Below are positions 50,101 to 61,682 of a stretch of DNA of 64,000 nt, piece after piece. The notes below the pieces were generated by a model. That model was not told where the DNA came from, did no database searches, and saw nothing but the letters and a program-made list of their open reading frames with translations. A program made the position numbers and the translations under genes. The first letter of the stretch is position 1. Each line of letters starts with the position of its first letter. Source of the stretch: Antedon mediterranea (Eukaryota > Animalia > Echinodermata); NCBI RefSeq assembly GCF_964355755.1, contig NC_092680.1, positions 7,130,001-7,194,000 of the forward strand. The letters run 5' to 3'.

Positions 50101-53100
50101 AAGTAAACCTTCATAATGGAATTTACTGCTCTTGCTTTTCATGATAGAATTTACACAAAAATATCATCAAGTCCATGTAATTTAATTACCTGCTATTTCT
50201 AAAACAGTTCTATGAGATATTGCAGTATTCTACTTTGACCTTTCTGGGCTTTTACTGTACTATACATACTGAACATACATACTGAATGTTCCACTCATAA
50301 CAACTTTGTTAAATAGTGATAACATATATATACATAATTGTCTACTTTTGGTTTCAATTCTCAAGCGAGGTAAAGGTTTCCATGGTTGTCCAATGGTTGT
50401 GATGTGTTGAATCAAAGGGGTATGAGTCAGAGGCAGAAAAGCAAGACACAGAAATGCACCCCTTTATTTTCGTGAGGTGTTTTCCTGAATGATCGTACGA
50501 TCAAAACGGTACTGGGTATGATCAACTAGCGTTCCTGTTCCCAACTAATAATCTATTCATAGAAGTACTGATGAAGAAGTCAATCTGTGGAGACTATAGA
50601 ATGGTCCAGAGACCTGATTTTTTTTCAATATTTTAATAATAGAAAGTTTTAAATACATTGTTAGGATAGAAAGGCACGATGTACTGTGTGCGTTTATTAC
50701 AAATTTCTAACATGTTATTTAAAATGGACCTGAAATGGATTTTCGATTTTTTTCATTTTAGAATGATGTTTTGGGGGCTATTAGGTGTTGCTAGAATGTA
50801 TATTGTTACAAAATATAAATTGGCCCTTTTGGGGAAAGCCTCATTTGAAAATCAAAAAAATTCGCGGGTGACGTCACTTTGCGAATATATTCCTATCCCT
50901 CCAATGGAAAATTTGCAGTTTTTTGGCTATAACTCTTGAAATCTATGGAGTATTTTCTAAAAAATGCTTGTGCATTTGCAGAAACGTATTTAGAATTTTT
51001 TTAGATAAAATTATTACCGTATAAACGGTTATTCATCGAGTAAATGACGATTTAAAATCTTAAAATCAACGTTTTTTTTCTGGCAATACCGAAGTTGGCC
51101 TGGCAACGTTGTCCGGGATACAGCTCCGTGCGCAATGATGCGTATTCATATTTTCCGTTCGTGTATTTTGTATATCGTTCGTAATTTATACTGCTAAAAT
51201 GTGTTAGTTTCTTTAGTTTTTAGTTTAGCAGAATTAAATTAGTAATATGAGATGATAATTTATTTGTCACGAATCAGGCAGTTCGAAAACGAATTTTATT
51301 CATATTTTACTTTGGCTTGACAATGAGCGAAGCAAGTTGTTGATATCGCTTTGGTCCTTGGATGCACATGAAACGGAGCCTCGCCGCATGATGTGGGTGG
51401 TGGATCGACTCCGCGCGCTGGATTGGGGGCCTAGGCCTAGTAAAGGTTTGGGAGGTAGGCCTTCTAAATTCGGGTTTTAGAACAAACGAAGTACATTTTA
51501 GTGACCTATATTTCAACAACATTATATATTGAATAAATTAGTATCAACGCTTCGTGTATCTTTCCAGGCCGTCGATCATTCACTGACTATCGGGCGGCAT
51601 ACACGCTCTCGATATCATCGTGTGTATATGTGACGTCGTGAATATAGAGGCTTCCGACGGCCGTTAAAATAGAATATTGCAATGGCGTGAGTAATTTTCG
51701 CTAATTTACCATGGTATCTTAAAATTTCGTTTTTACTCAAAATACTATACATTTTGTTTTTATTTGTATGGGTTTGTGTTAATTTGATACATTTAAATAA
51801 CATGTGTGAATTTCTTGAAAATCGAAATTCCATTTCAGGTCCATTTTAAATAACTTTGTACATAAATTGCGATGAAAAAACAGTTATTTGATAATTAGAA
51901 ACATTCATTTAAAATATAATAATAAATAATATTTGTTAGTGTTAACTTTTAATAAGAGTAAAGATAATAAGGAAGATAATCAAAGAGATTGTGGAGCGGC
52001 TGTTCCAGAAAATACAACACCAAGCATTGAAAAGCTAAAGTACTAAAAAGGCGATCTTGTCAAAGGTCAAGCTCCTTCAGTCTGCCAGTTTCGATATTCA
52101 ATATTGAACTTTTAACTTAACTAAACCTTAACTGAAAAAAAACAAGGAACCACAAGACATGGAGAGCATTAGCATCCACCAATTAGTTTTGATTTTTACA
52201 GAAAACCTGTCATTACTGTAAGTTTTTTTTTAATGTCTTTTATGAATGTTTTTAATCTATTGCTAAAAAAAACAAGACCATGTAAAACAGGTGCAATATC
52301 TATACCTGATATATTTTTATCCTGTCTAAATATGTTTTAAATAAAATACTAAATTAATTGGGCTACTATGACTCACCAAAACACCTTTGATCCATCCAAA
52401 TTTGTTGCCAGCTCCTTGCACAACTTTGCCAATCTCTTGATCCTCTTCTGGTGAAGAATTCTCAAGATCCTTTAAAAAAAAATGAAGCAAAAAGTTACTC
52501 AGAATCAGATCAAAATAAGAAGAAATTATAAGGGGTTAAAATAATAAAATAAATGTCAGTATGGTATAAATCAACTGAAAAACATTAAGGTAGAATAAAC
52601 AACACATATGACCTTTTGGATTCTAGTGTGGAGAAGGCAATAACTTGACTACTATGTTATTCAATTTCAGCATTTACTACAATTTAGTTTAATAACACAC
52701 TGCTATCCTTAATTAATTCTGTAACACTGTTTAGTATTAGTTCTATTGCATGTTAAACGTTCTATTTAACGTTTCTATTAAATGGTTCTATTGCATATTT
52801 GGCTTTTTGTGAATATTTACTCCACTACCAAAAACTGATCACTGACTTTTTTAATGGCCTCTAAATCAGTTCTCTGTCTATACGATCATGTGACAAAAAA
52901 GTAATGTGCTCCTAATATGGACATGATGATGTCATATCGCCACCATATTTGGGCACATCACACTTTTTTTGTCAAACTAGTTTGATAGTCTACACTATTG
53001 AATAAGTTTACTTTAATTAAGCTTATAGTGTGTTCAAACAAATAACACATGTTTTGAATTTGTTGAATGGGAAGAATATTGCATTTGTTGAAAGGCATAT

Positions 53101-54744
53101 TTTCCTCAGCATATGATATTTGTTTAGTTATTGAGTAACGCTGTTCAAAAGAAGTGATTGTGACACAAGCTATACAAAGTTCAATGAATAAAAGTTTACT
53201 TTAAGTATATAATACATTGTGTTATAAAACAACAAATGTTTTGCATTTGTTAAATTAGAAAAATATTGCATTTGTTGAAAGGCTTATTTTCCTCAGCATA
53301 TGATATTTATTTGTTATTGAGTAACGCTGTTCAAAAAAGGCGGCAGACATGCGATTGTGACACACTGTACAAAGTTCTTTGGTTTTATAGTAGATAGAAA
53401 ATACAATTATCCTCATGCCTTCCTACAGTGATTTCTTTGTAATGTAATTTTGTTTCATGCCAAATTTAATAAATCAAAATCATTTAATAATCATTATTCT
53501 GTAATATCATATGTGTGTTATTTTAAGAACATTATAAAGTTCAAAATCTTAATTTGTAATGTTAATGTGGATATTTGCCGCCGTCGAATGCAACATCGGA
53601 TAACAAATTACAATTATTCAGTGATACATTAAAATGCTATAAAAAATGCTATACACTGACTTCAACAATGATTGAAAAAGTCCCCTTTTTCGATCATTTC
53701 ACTGTATTGTACTGTACATGTTATGTTGTTATACTTAGTAGTAGTACTGAAGAAACAATTATTTTTTTAGTACCCTAAAATTGTAATTCAAATTAAATAA
53801 TAAAATTTTCAATAATTTACTTTCTTTGGTGAATAAATATATATATATATATATAAATAAAAAATCTTCAAGAAGAATTTCTGTTGTTATTTTATGATGA
53901 TGATGGACAAATAAAGCATTTCAGTATTCAGTATTCAGTAAAAATTATGATTGATAATAAATATGTTGTCATACATGACTTTATGATTCAGAAAAGATTA
54001 TGATTCAGAAAGTAATGTATTAAGGTTTTATTAAAGGAGGACATGTAGACAGTCTAGCCTGTCTAGGCCACAAATGTATTGAGTCTAAAATACATGATGA
54101 ATCATTCTATCACAAAAATAGGGAAAATTCCACTCTGCATTGGAAAAGGTCATTTTGTAACAAATTTATTCACCTTGACACTGAAAAAAAACTATCTTAA
54201 AACCAGAAACCTGTTGACTTCCAGATAATGAACTTAAGCTCTGTTTACACTTGGGCACATCAAACTATCTAATTATTTACACATTTACACACTAGACACC
54301 CTCCCTTGATGGACTGAAGGTGACTAACCCAGATCCTAAACAATGTATGCTGGACTAGTGGAATATCAAGACCTGAAACACCGTACAAAAAGTGTGCACA
54401 ATTACCATTCGTTTAGGCTCGTGTAATTCCGCAAGAGTTGGCCTTCTTTTAGCTTCTGCTGTTGTTGAAAATATATTCCTATAATACGCAATTGATGGAA
54501 CAGCTTCGTGGGTATTCTGACCAAAAGTGACGTGCATACTATCGTTAAATGTATCGCATTTCTCCATCATGGACATTCGGTCTTTAGCATGAGTTCCTGT
54601 TGGTAACTCATCAACAATCTTCACTTTGAAACGACTTGTTTTTTGTGGTGAATGATGAGGAGTTGGCTCGCCAGCCTCATCCGGAGCAGTTTTCGGAACT
54701 TCTAACTGACTTGGCTGATCTAGGGTTTCATTAGTAGACTCCAT
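32183..54744 (-). CDS. SLC12A2: Na-K-2Cl cotransporter, SLC12A1/2 (NKCC)-like
   Basis: 23 GT-AG exons: 54744-54406, 52469-52377, 49814-49739, 47801-47706, 45662-45523, 43945-43835, 43348-43237, 42497-42370, 41120-40860, 40639-40532, 40380-40257, 39666-39565, 39262-39107, 38693-38594, 37639-37528, 36816-36676, 36159-36053, 35531-35422, 34557-34339, 34143-34032, 33737-33651, 33458-33279, 32324-32183. Total 3156 nt = 1051 aa + stop. Motifs: [114 protein letters not shown]. Exact orthology among SLC12A1/2/3 is not resolvable by eye. Confidence 0.95.
32350..32626 (-). mobile_element. tRNA-derived SINE (CORE/Meta-like body)
   Basis: A box TGGCGCAGTG, B box GGTTCGAATC, then CCTTAGGCAGGACGCTTTACTTGCA...CCCAGGTGTATAAAATGGGTACC. 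Confidence 0.6.
32781..33033. mobile_element. Palindromic MITE with arms of about 115 bp and a 23-nt spacer
   Basis: 32781-32895 is the near-perfect reverse complement of 32919-33033. It lies next to (TA)n tracts. Confidence 0.85.
34645..35170. mobile_element. TTAA-type (Kolobok-like) element adjoining a truncated family-A MITE
   Basis: AGATGTATTGTCCC ... GGGATACATTT|TTAA with a CpG-rich interior. A matching right end GGGGACAATACATCTTAA lies at 49683-49700. Confidence 0.6.
35878..36007. mobile_element. Harbinger-like MITE family A
   Basis: TAA|AGCTCTGTCCCCACTATCAAACT ... AGTTTGATATTGTAGACAGAGCT|TAA. Confidence 0.85.
37775..37970 (-). mobile_element. LINE ORF2 C-terminal fragment (L2/Crack-like)
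   Basis: [40 protein letters not shown] resembles the post-RT region of CR1-group LINEs. Confidence 0.5.
37975..38285 (-). mobile_element. RTE-X-like LINE 3' end
   Basis: [47 protein letters not shown] then stop, followed by a short (AAATTG)n tail. Confidence 0.65.
42167..42848. mobile_element. Two Harbinger-like family-A MITEs in opposite orientation (42167-42328 and 42711-42848)
   Basis: Both begin AGCTCTGTCTACACTATCAAA with TAA/TTA flanks. The internal asymmetry shows opposite orientations. Confidence 0.85.
44050..45115. mobile_element. Cluster of three family-A MITEs (about 44050-44256, 44634-44830 and 44998-45115)
   Basis: Same TIRs, with different numbers of the internal 21-bp unit CATATCACTACCATATTTGGG. 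Confidence 0.8.
45366..45510. mobile_element. Harbinger-like MITE, second family
   Basis: CTTGGTTCCCACTAG ... CTAGTGGGAACTAAAG inverted termini with an internal TTGACCAAT/ATTGGTCAA palindrome. Confidence 0.65.
46324..47001. mobile_element. Non-autonomous TIR transposon (Harbinger-like)
   Basis: AGTGGGGTTCACATGGAACTATGTCTAG ... CTAGCCATAGTTCGATGTGAACGCCACT. Confidence 0.7.
50723..51845. mobile_element. TTAA-flanked non-autonomous transposon (Kolobok-like), 1.1 kb
   Basis: TTAA|AATGGACCTGAAATGGATTTTCGATTTT ... AAAATCGAAATTCCATTTCAGGTCCATT|TTAA with a CpG-rich interior. Confidence 0.85.
52872..52995. mobile_element. Harbinger-like MITE family A, degenerate
   Basis: CTCTGTCTATAC ... GTCAAACTAGTTTGATAGT with the family internal sequence. 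Confidence 0.7.
53040..53375. repeat. Local direct duplication with a period of about 187 bp
   Basis: AATATTGCATTTGTTGAAAGGC...GTTATTGAGTAACGCTGTTCAAAA occurs near both 53075 and 53262. Confidence 0.8.
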
Positions 54745-55144
54745 GCTTATTTTATTCTATGAAAAAAAAATAAATTGTTACAATACATTAACCAAAAACT
54801 TGTTATTCACTGTAAACAGCAAGAGTCGTGTATTGACACTTGTACTGTAGGCCTATGATTGTGAAAAAAACGGAATCAGTGTTTTGCATGTTGTGGTCGC
54901 TGATTTGTCCATAATTATTGTGTTTTGTTGAGGGTTTCCCATAATTGAAGGCCAAATAAAAGTGTTGAGTAGTTTGAGCATCTCCTCCGTAATATATATT
55001 TGCCGCAAATTTCCATAGAAATTACAAATGTTCTGTAATTTTATCTGAGACTTTTATTGTTTGCATAACACAGTTGTCATCACATGAAACCAAAAAAAGT
55101 GAAATAAAATTCATTTATATCATGTACTCTGATGTTCAACTTAC

Positions 55145-55500
55145 CCGTGTCGTTTAGAGTAAATTTTTGTAAGTCACTGGTATTTAATGTAAGCCTCGGG
55201 GTAGCACCAACAAGCTACCAAATAATAGTTCAAATGCCTACTACAAACAAACGTTAATAATCCCAGGTCGTACTCAAACAAACTTCTCCATACCATGCAT
55301 GTAGGCCTATTATACAGTAGCAGTTGATCCGGTGAAGTATCAACTGTTGACAACTTGTCCAACTAAACCAGTATGGAGCAGGCTTAGACTTGTTGGCTAA
55401 CTATCCGGCCGTCGGCGGGAAAAACAACGCGCACTGATGGGTAATCCCTGTGCTGTGGTACGTACATCTAGCCTCCTAGCTAGGCCTACTAACTACTACA
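55145..55500 (-). promoter_or_regulatory. Putative SLC12A non-coding first exon and promoter
   Basis: Donor CGG|GTAAGT at 55144 could splice to the acceptor at 54758-54757 upstream of the ATG. A CpG-rich patch lies at 55405-55465. Confidence 0.45.
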
Positions 55501-55718
55501 CACACTGTCACTGACGAAGCGAAACTGTCACTTTCTACTAACTATTTTAATAATATGACTCATGAGAGAATTAAATATTCCTTTTTTGTACGTAAAATAT
55601 AAAATAATAACAACAACCAACCAACCGACAATCAGACAATATTTCTAACAGGAAAGTACAATTACAATGTTTCCTTCTGTCATAAAAGTACTCAGTTCAA
55701 GAACACACATGTAGGCTA

Positions 55719-56638
55719 TAGGCCGGCTGCGATTTTTTTTTTCGTACATAAGTTGGGGACCCCCTCATGAAACGTCACAAAATAAACATGAATAATTCAT
55801 CAGTTAAATTTTCTTGTTCCGTGTGCACCCAAGCGTATAGCAACAAGAAGTGATTACAGTAGTTTACACAAGTGCGGTACGATTCTAGGCCTATCTCCGC
55901 TGTGGTTGCCGCGTGCGATTTCATAATAGAATAGCGGCGTTTTGTGTGGATTGTCGAAATAATCAGCCTTTAGTTTATGGTGTGTTTAATATAATTTATT
56001 ACTAAAGAATTACGTGTTAAAATTATAGTTTCTATTGATACTATTAGGCCTAATTACTATTCTCTAAAACCCATGTCTATTCTAGTAGTAGCTGTGTTGG
56101 TGTGTGTGACGTGTGTGTGTTAGAGTCAGCAAAATTAAACAATAAACATTACACCAAAATACATTTTTTATTCTCGTGGGTCTAACCTTCCCATCTCATG
56201 TGTTCATATACGCGCAGTTCCTTTGATTACATGCATATTGTTTGATAATAAAATAGCAGAATTAAAAAAATACAGTACACAAATTATACACATTCTTTAT
56301 TCTTGTGAGTCTAAGCTTTCTTTGGGCTATGTCCAATGAATTACTACTTAGTGTAATGTCTTGCCTAGCAGTCGATTAGCCTCGACTCGACACATTTTGC
56401 ATAGTGGTGTGTGTGTGTGTGAAGAAGAGTGCGCGAAGGCAATCACGTGAATTGACTTAGAATCCTAGGCCTACTGTAAAAGTATCGTATCGCAGTTGTG
56501 TAATCACTTCTTGTTGCTATACGCTTGGGTGCACACGGAACAAGAAAATTTAACTGATGAATTATTCATGTTTATTTTGTGACGTTTCATGAGGGGGTCC
56601 CCAACTTATGTACGAAAAAAAAAATCGCAGGCCGGCTA
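55719..56638. mobile_element. Non-autonomous transposon with 140-bp TIRs and TAG...CTA termini (Academ-like, inferred)
   Basis: 55719-55858 is the reverse complement of 56499-56638, differing only in the outermost few bases. The 640-bp interior is non-coding. Confidence 0.8.
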
Positions 56639-56757
56639 CCGCAATTTTGAGGTATATTCAGAGCGCCATTCTGACGACTGGAGCATTCTCTACTTCTCTC
56701 TGCGGAGCGCCATTTATGCCTTTATTAACTTCAATAATACAAATAGTACTACGGTAA

Positions 56758-58176
56758 CTGCTCAAGTGGACCCAATTTAGCACCAGGGTAGCACAGTGAT
56801 ATAAAATAGAAATAAGTCACTACTTTTAATATCGTTTCGTATGTTAATACACTGTGCTGCTCAAATGGAACAAATTTGGCGCCAGTGGAGCACAATGATA
56901 TAAAATAGAAATAAAGTCACTAAATTTTAATATCTTTCGTATGTTATATACTGTGCTCAAGTGGACTCAATTTTGCCCCAGTGGAGCACAGTGATATAAA
57001 ATTAATATCTTTTCATATGTTAAAGCACTGTGCTCAAGTGGTCACAATTTGGCACCAGGGGAGCACAATGATATAAAAATGAAATAAATTTACTTAATTT
57101 TAATATTTTTTCGTATGTTAATACACTGTGCTCAAGTGGACCCAATTTGGCGCCAGTGGAGCACAGTGATATAAAATAGAAACAAAGTCACTTAAAGGCC
57201 AGGTACGGGCAAAACATTTCTATTGATCATACATTCCAATAATTATCGATCTATAGTTTCCCCTATGTTTCATAATTGTTGGGAATTTATTTGTGTTACA
57301 GGAGCTTTTTGAAAATTAGCACTTTCATATCAGTGGGCATAGTTCAAATTACACAGTAAAATCTCTATTCTTTTGTACAAATTTTAAAAATAGAGATGCA
57401 TTTTAAAAAGCTATGAAAAATAAACGGTGTGGTAAAAAATGTAACAGATGACTAAATATAGGTAATATAATTTGAATTTTACATTTCTGGTATTTTTATT
57501 CAACTTCAGAATTTTATTTTCATGCTATAGCAAAATTTATCCACCGTATATCCGCCATCTTTTTTCACCTTCTAGGGAGTCACCAGACATGTTATTACAT
57601 TATGTTAACTAACCTAACTACTTATGTTATTTATTTATTATTCAAAACATTTTTTGTTTTGTTTTTGACGTTATCAAATTGTTATTTTCTTTTAAGTTCT
57701 GTTATTTATGTGTTAATTTCGTAGCTTAAGTTAGTTAAGATAAAAGGTACCAAGCTTGATTAGCTTCGGCTATTTCTTGGCTACCTTTTGTATTGAAATT
57801 TTTGTCTGATACAATAAAGAAGAAGAATTAAAAAAAAGTCTTCCTGGTTTTTTTCGCAGAATTTTGCCAAATTTTGTATTTGACCATATTAGGGGAAATT
57901 CATGGATTTTCATCTTGATTTCTGTTACAAATATTTGATTTATGTACAAATAACCAGATATTATATTTAAAATTCATGCCTGTACCTGAGCTTTAAGTTT
58001 CAATATCTTTTCGTATGTTAATACACTGTGCTCAAGTGGACCTAATTTGAAGGCACTTAAGTTTCAATATCTTTCGTATGTTAATACACTGTGCTTAAGT
58101 GGACCTAATTTGAAGTCACTTAAGTTTCAATATCTTTTCGTATATTAATACACTGTGCTCAAGTGGACCCAATTTT
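56758..58176. repeat. Degenerate satellite (units of about 60-97 bp) interrupted by a transposon
   Basis: Recurring ACTGTGCTCAAGTGGACCCAATTTGGCGCCAGTGGAGCACAGTGATATAAAATAGAAA...ATATCTTTCGTATGTTAATAC. Each long unit contains an ACTGTGCTC/GAGCACAGT inverted pair. Confidence 0.85.
57196..57992. mobile_element. TTAA-flanked (Kolobok-like) element inserted in the satellite
   Basis: TTAA|AGGCCAGGTACGGGCA ... TGCCTGTACCTGAGCT|TTAA. The uninterrupted satellite unit reads GTCACTTAAGTTTCAATATC, which shows the TTAA duplication. Confidence 0.85.
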
Positions 58177-61145
58177 TATTTAATTTTAAACAGCCTTTTG
58201 AATGTTACCTCCATGGTTATAATTTTTTTAAAGGACTCAACTACATACTCTACATAGGAATAGTTGAACACAATGGCTTCTTTTCCATTCATAGTCGCAA
58301 CTCTTTTATAATATATGACTCTGTTTTATAGTCTTATTCTGGAAATTTCACATTGCATAGCCTTTTGATCCAGAGGTAATTTTTTTTTATTTAATAAGTC
58401 ATAATTAATAAATATTTGGTTTACGAACTTTTTATATAGACCATGGAGGTATTTTATACCTTCATGTATAGACCATGACCATCTCCGTTGAAAGATTGTG
58501 CAAACTTCACACCAATCAGAAGTTGTACCGCGGCGTGCATAGAGGCAAAGAATATATCACAAGAATGAGAATTCCGCGATTTTTAAATAGAATTATGATA
58601 ATATATTTTGCAATTGTAAACTATTTTATAATACATATTTATTAACAAACTAGTGTACATTCACTTTTACAGACAATTATTTACTAACATGCTAAATTAG
58701 TTCACAAAAAAGGCCTAACACAGCAACACCAAAAATCAACGAATCGTTACTCAGCACGGCCTATTCTTTACCAAAGCTACAGACTTGTGGCAAGTCTAGA
58801 AAAAAGATGTCTGCTCCCCCTACCTCTAGCACGGTAAGGCCCTTACACAGCCTTGGGTCGGTTTTACGACATCAGATGCTTTGATTATAGAGGTCATGTT
58901 TCCGCCACATTATGTGTCTAGAAAGGGCGACGTATTATTCTGTGAACCCCAAAACACAGTCACTCGCTTCTTCTTTCACCATGCTTCAAGTTTACATTCT
59001 GATCATCATGGGATTCGAACCCATGACATTCGAGCCCTCAGTCGACTGAGCAAACAGGTTCATAATATGAAATGACGCAATCTAGCGTTTAGACTGGTCT
59101 TTATTATGTTGCTGTCCTTCAGTTCATCCAGTAAATTTGATTCGATCGCTCGTATACTAGGCTGATAAACAAATAGGCCAGGTGTATTATTCATCATGGC
59201 TAACGTAAGTACAGATTACTGAGTATTACTACTAATAAATGTTACTGTGATCCCATCAGCACAGGGTTTTGTACTGAGAATGAAAATAATAAAAACAGTG
59301 TAGAATTTTAGCTTTAATGATGTTTAATTAATTGATTGCCGGGGCCGCGGTTAAGAGTTTCTCCAAAACAACGCAAAGAAGAGCAATTGATTTAACATTT
59401 ACAACTTAATTATTAATATAGTCAATCGATTATCAGGTGATTATTAAAAAAAAACCATTTTAATTCATATTACTTAATAATAATTCATATTAGCTTCCAT
59501 ATTATTTTATGCTTTTTTCCATCAAAGATTTTTGTGATAGGCCTATATGTGAAATATTTACTTAATATTATGAAAGGTTGACCAAAAAAGAGGATCAGTA
59601 TATAATTTATATACATTTATACATATACATCTTTTTAAATATGATGATTTTCAAATAGAGGCATCAATACGTTTCAGTGGGCTATGGAAGAAACACCTAC
59701 ATGCTACATGACCGGCAGTGATGTACATTGTAACACAAAAGTGGACTTGGTATCCTCCTTTTAAAAAAAACTACCATCAATGATTTCTGGATTAGGCCTA
59801 GACCTCGACTAAATCACATCGATTTGTTTTAGAACCGGCGTTCTCCCCTCTATCCTGCATCCATCCAAATAAACAATATTTATTTAGTTGCTTTTCTGTT
59901 ATTATTGAATTTATTTAGTGGTAACAACTGTTATTAAATAAACGTTATTATTGATTGATTGATTAATATGGACTATACTGGTGCACTCATTTAACTTTAA
60001 ACTTATTTAATTTCAACCGTTTTTTAATGATGATTATGTAGGCCATAGGCCCTTGTGATCCTTGACAACTTACTTGAGCTTCACGTCCGTAAGTTTGTTA
60101 TAATCTGCTACAATCGCAGTATTCAGTTTCAGATTGATTCTCTTCAAATTTAATTAAAATTTAAGTAAATAAGTCTGGAACACTATACATACTTTCATAC
60201 CCTCTATACATTCAATATATTTTTTTTAATGCTAATACTTCTAAAATATGAAATAAATTGTGACTAGTCTGAACAAAGTACATAAGTTCTTCCTAGAGAA
60301 ATATTATGCCATCACCTTAAAACTACAAAATAATAGGTAGGCCTAAGATATTCCTTATGGTAATTATCTACCCATTTTTAACAGTACCCCTAATTACAAC
60401 TTGGCCTTGGTTAAGCATTTAATAATTAGGCACTGTTAAGCCCCGCGCTAGTATACAATGTAAAGGTATAAGTTGTCTTATTGTTGATATCGACTCAAAC
60501 AAACAGAAGAGAAAAACACGCATGTCCATTGGCTAAACCTTTATGGTCGCCTATGTATTCTTGTATTCTTAGCATTATTTTGTCCGTCAATTATTTTGAG
60601 ATAAATTTCATCTAGCTACGTCAATTTTTCAGAGTATATTCCTTATGGCCAGGAATCGGTGTGATTATCTTTTCGTGGTGTGCAATAACGAAATCACGTT
60701 TGTAATCATATCATATCGCATGTATTATAAATAAACCAAATTTAGTACTCATAAATTTCAGGTCATGTTTCATCATATGACAATACAAATACGTGTGTAG
60801 CGCATATAACGCAACAATTTTCAAAATTGTCAACATTCATTTTCGAAGAAATTAGAGTACGTTTCAGGCAATTTTAAGCGTTTAAAAATTCAGCAGAATT
60901 TTGCACACGCACTGCTGCGCGTTAACCTATAACGCGGACTCTCTGTTTTACAACCTTTCTTTAGTAATTTTATCATATTTTATTTACTTTTCAACTTGAA
61001 ACCATGCGTTATACAAACACGTTAAAGTGACAGGCTATGCACGTGATGTTAACAAAATGGTGAAAATATGCTACATTTTAAAATGAATAGGCCTATATAA
61101 GATCGTCAGAATGCTCGGGAAACCCTATTTTTCATTTCATTTTCT

Positions 61146-61682
61146 GTAACAGAAATCAAGACGAAAAAACATGAATTTCCCTTAATATGGTCAAATACAA
61201 AACTTGGCAAAATTCTGCCATAAAAACCAGGAAGACTTTTTTTCAGTATTTAGGTAGTTTAACCTAATGTAATAACATGTCTGGTGTGGTGACTCCCTAG
61301 AAGGTGAAAAAGATGGTGGATATGCGGTGGATAATTTTTGCTAAAACATGGAAATAAAAATCTGAAGTTGAATAAAAATACCAGAAATGTAAAATTTAAG
61401 TTATATTACCTATATTTAGTCATCTGATAACATTTTTTACCACACCGTTTATTCTTCATAGCTTTTTAAAATGGCTCCCTATTCACAATTTGTGCACAAA
61501 AGAATAGAGATTTTACTGTGTAATTTGAACTATCCCCCAACTGATAAGAAAGTGCGCGCTTATTTTCAACAAGCTTGTGTAACACAAATAAAATAAAAAA
61601 AAGTATGAAACATAGGGGAAACTATAGATCAATAATTATTGGAATGTATGATCAATAGACATTTTTTGCCCACACCTGGCCT
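61146..61682. mobile_element. Second, inverted and one-end-truncated copy of the 57196-57992 element
   Basis: Reverse complement aligns to 57196-57620 and 57830-57928. It ends TGCCCACACCTGGCCT|TTAA. Confidence 0.85.
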
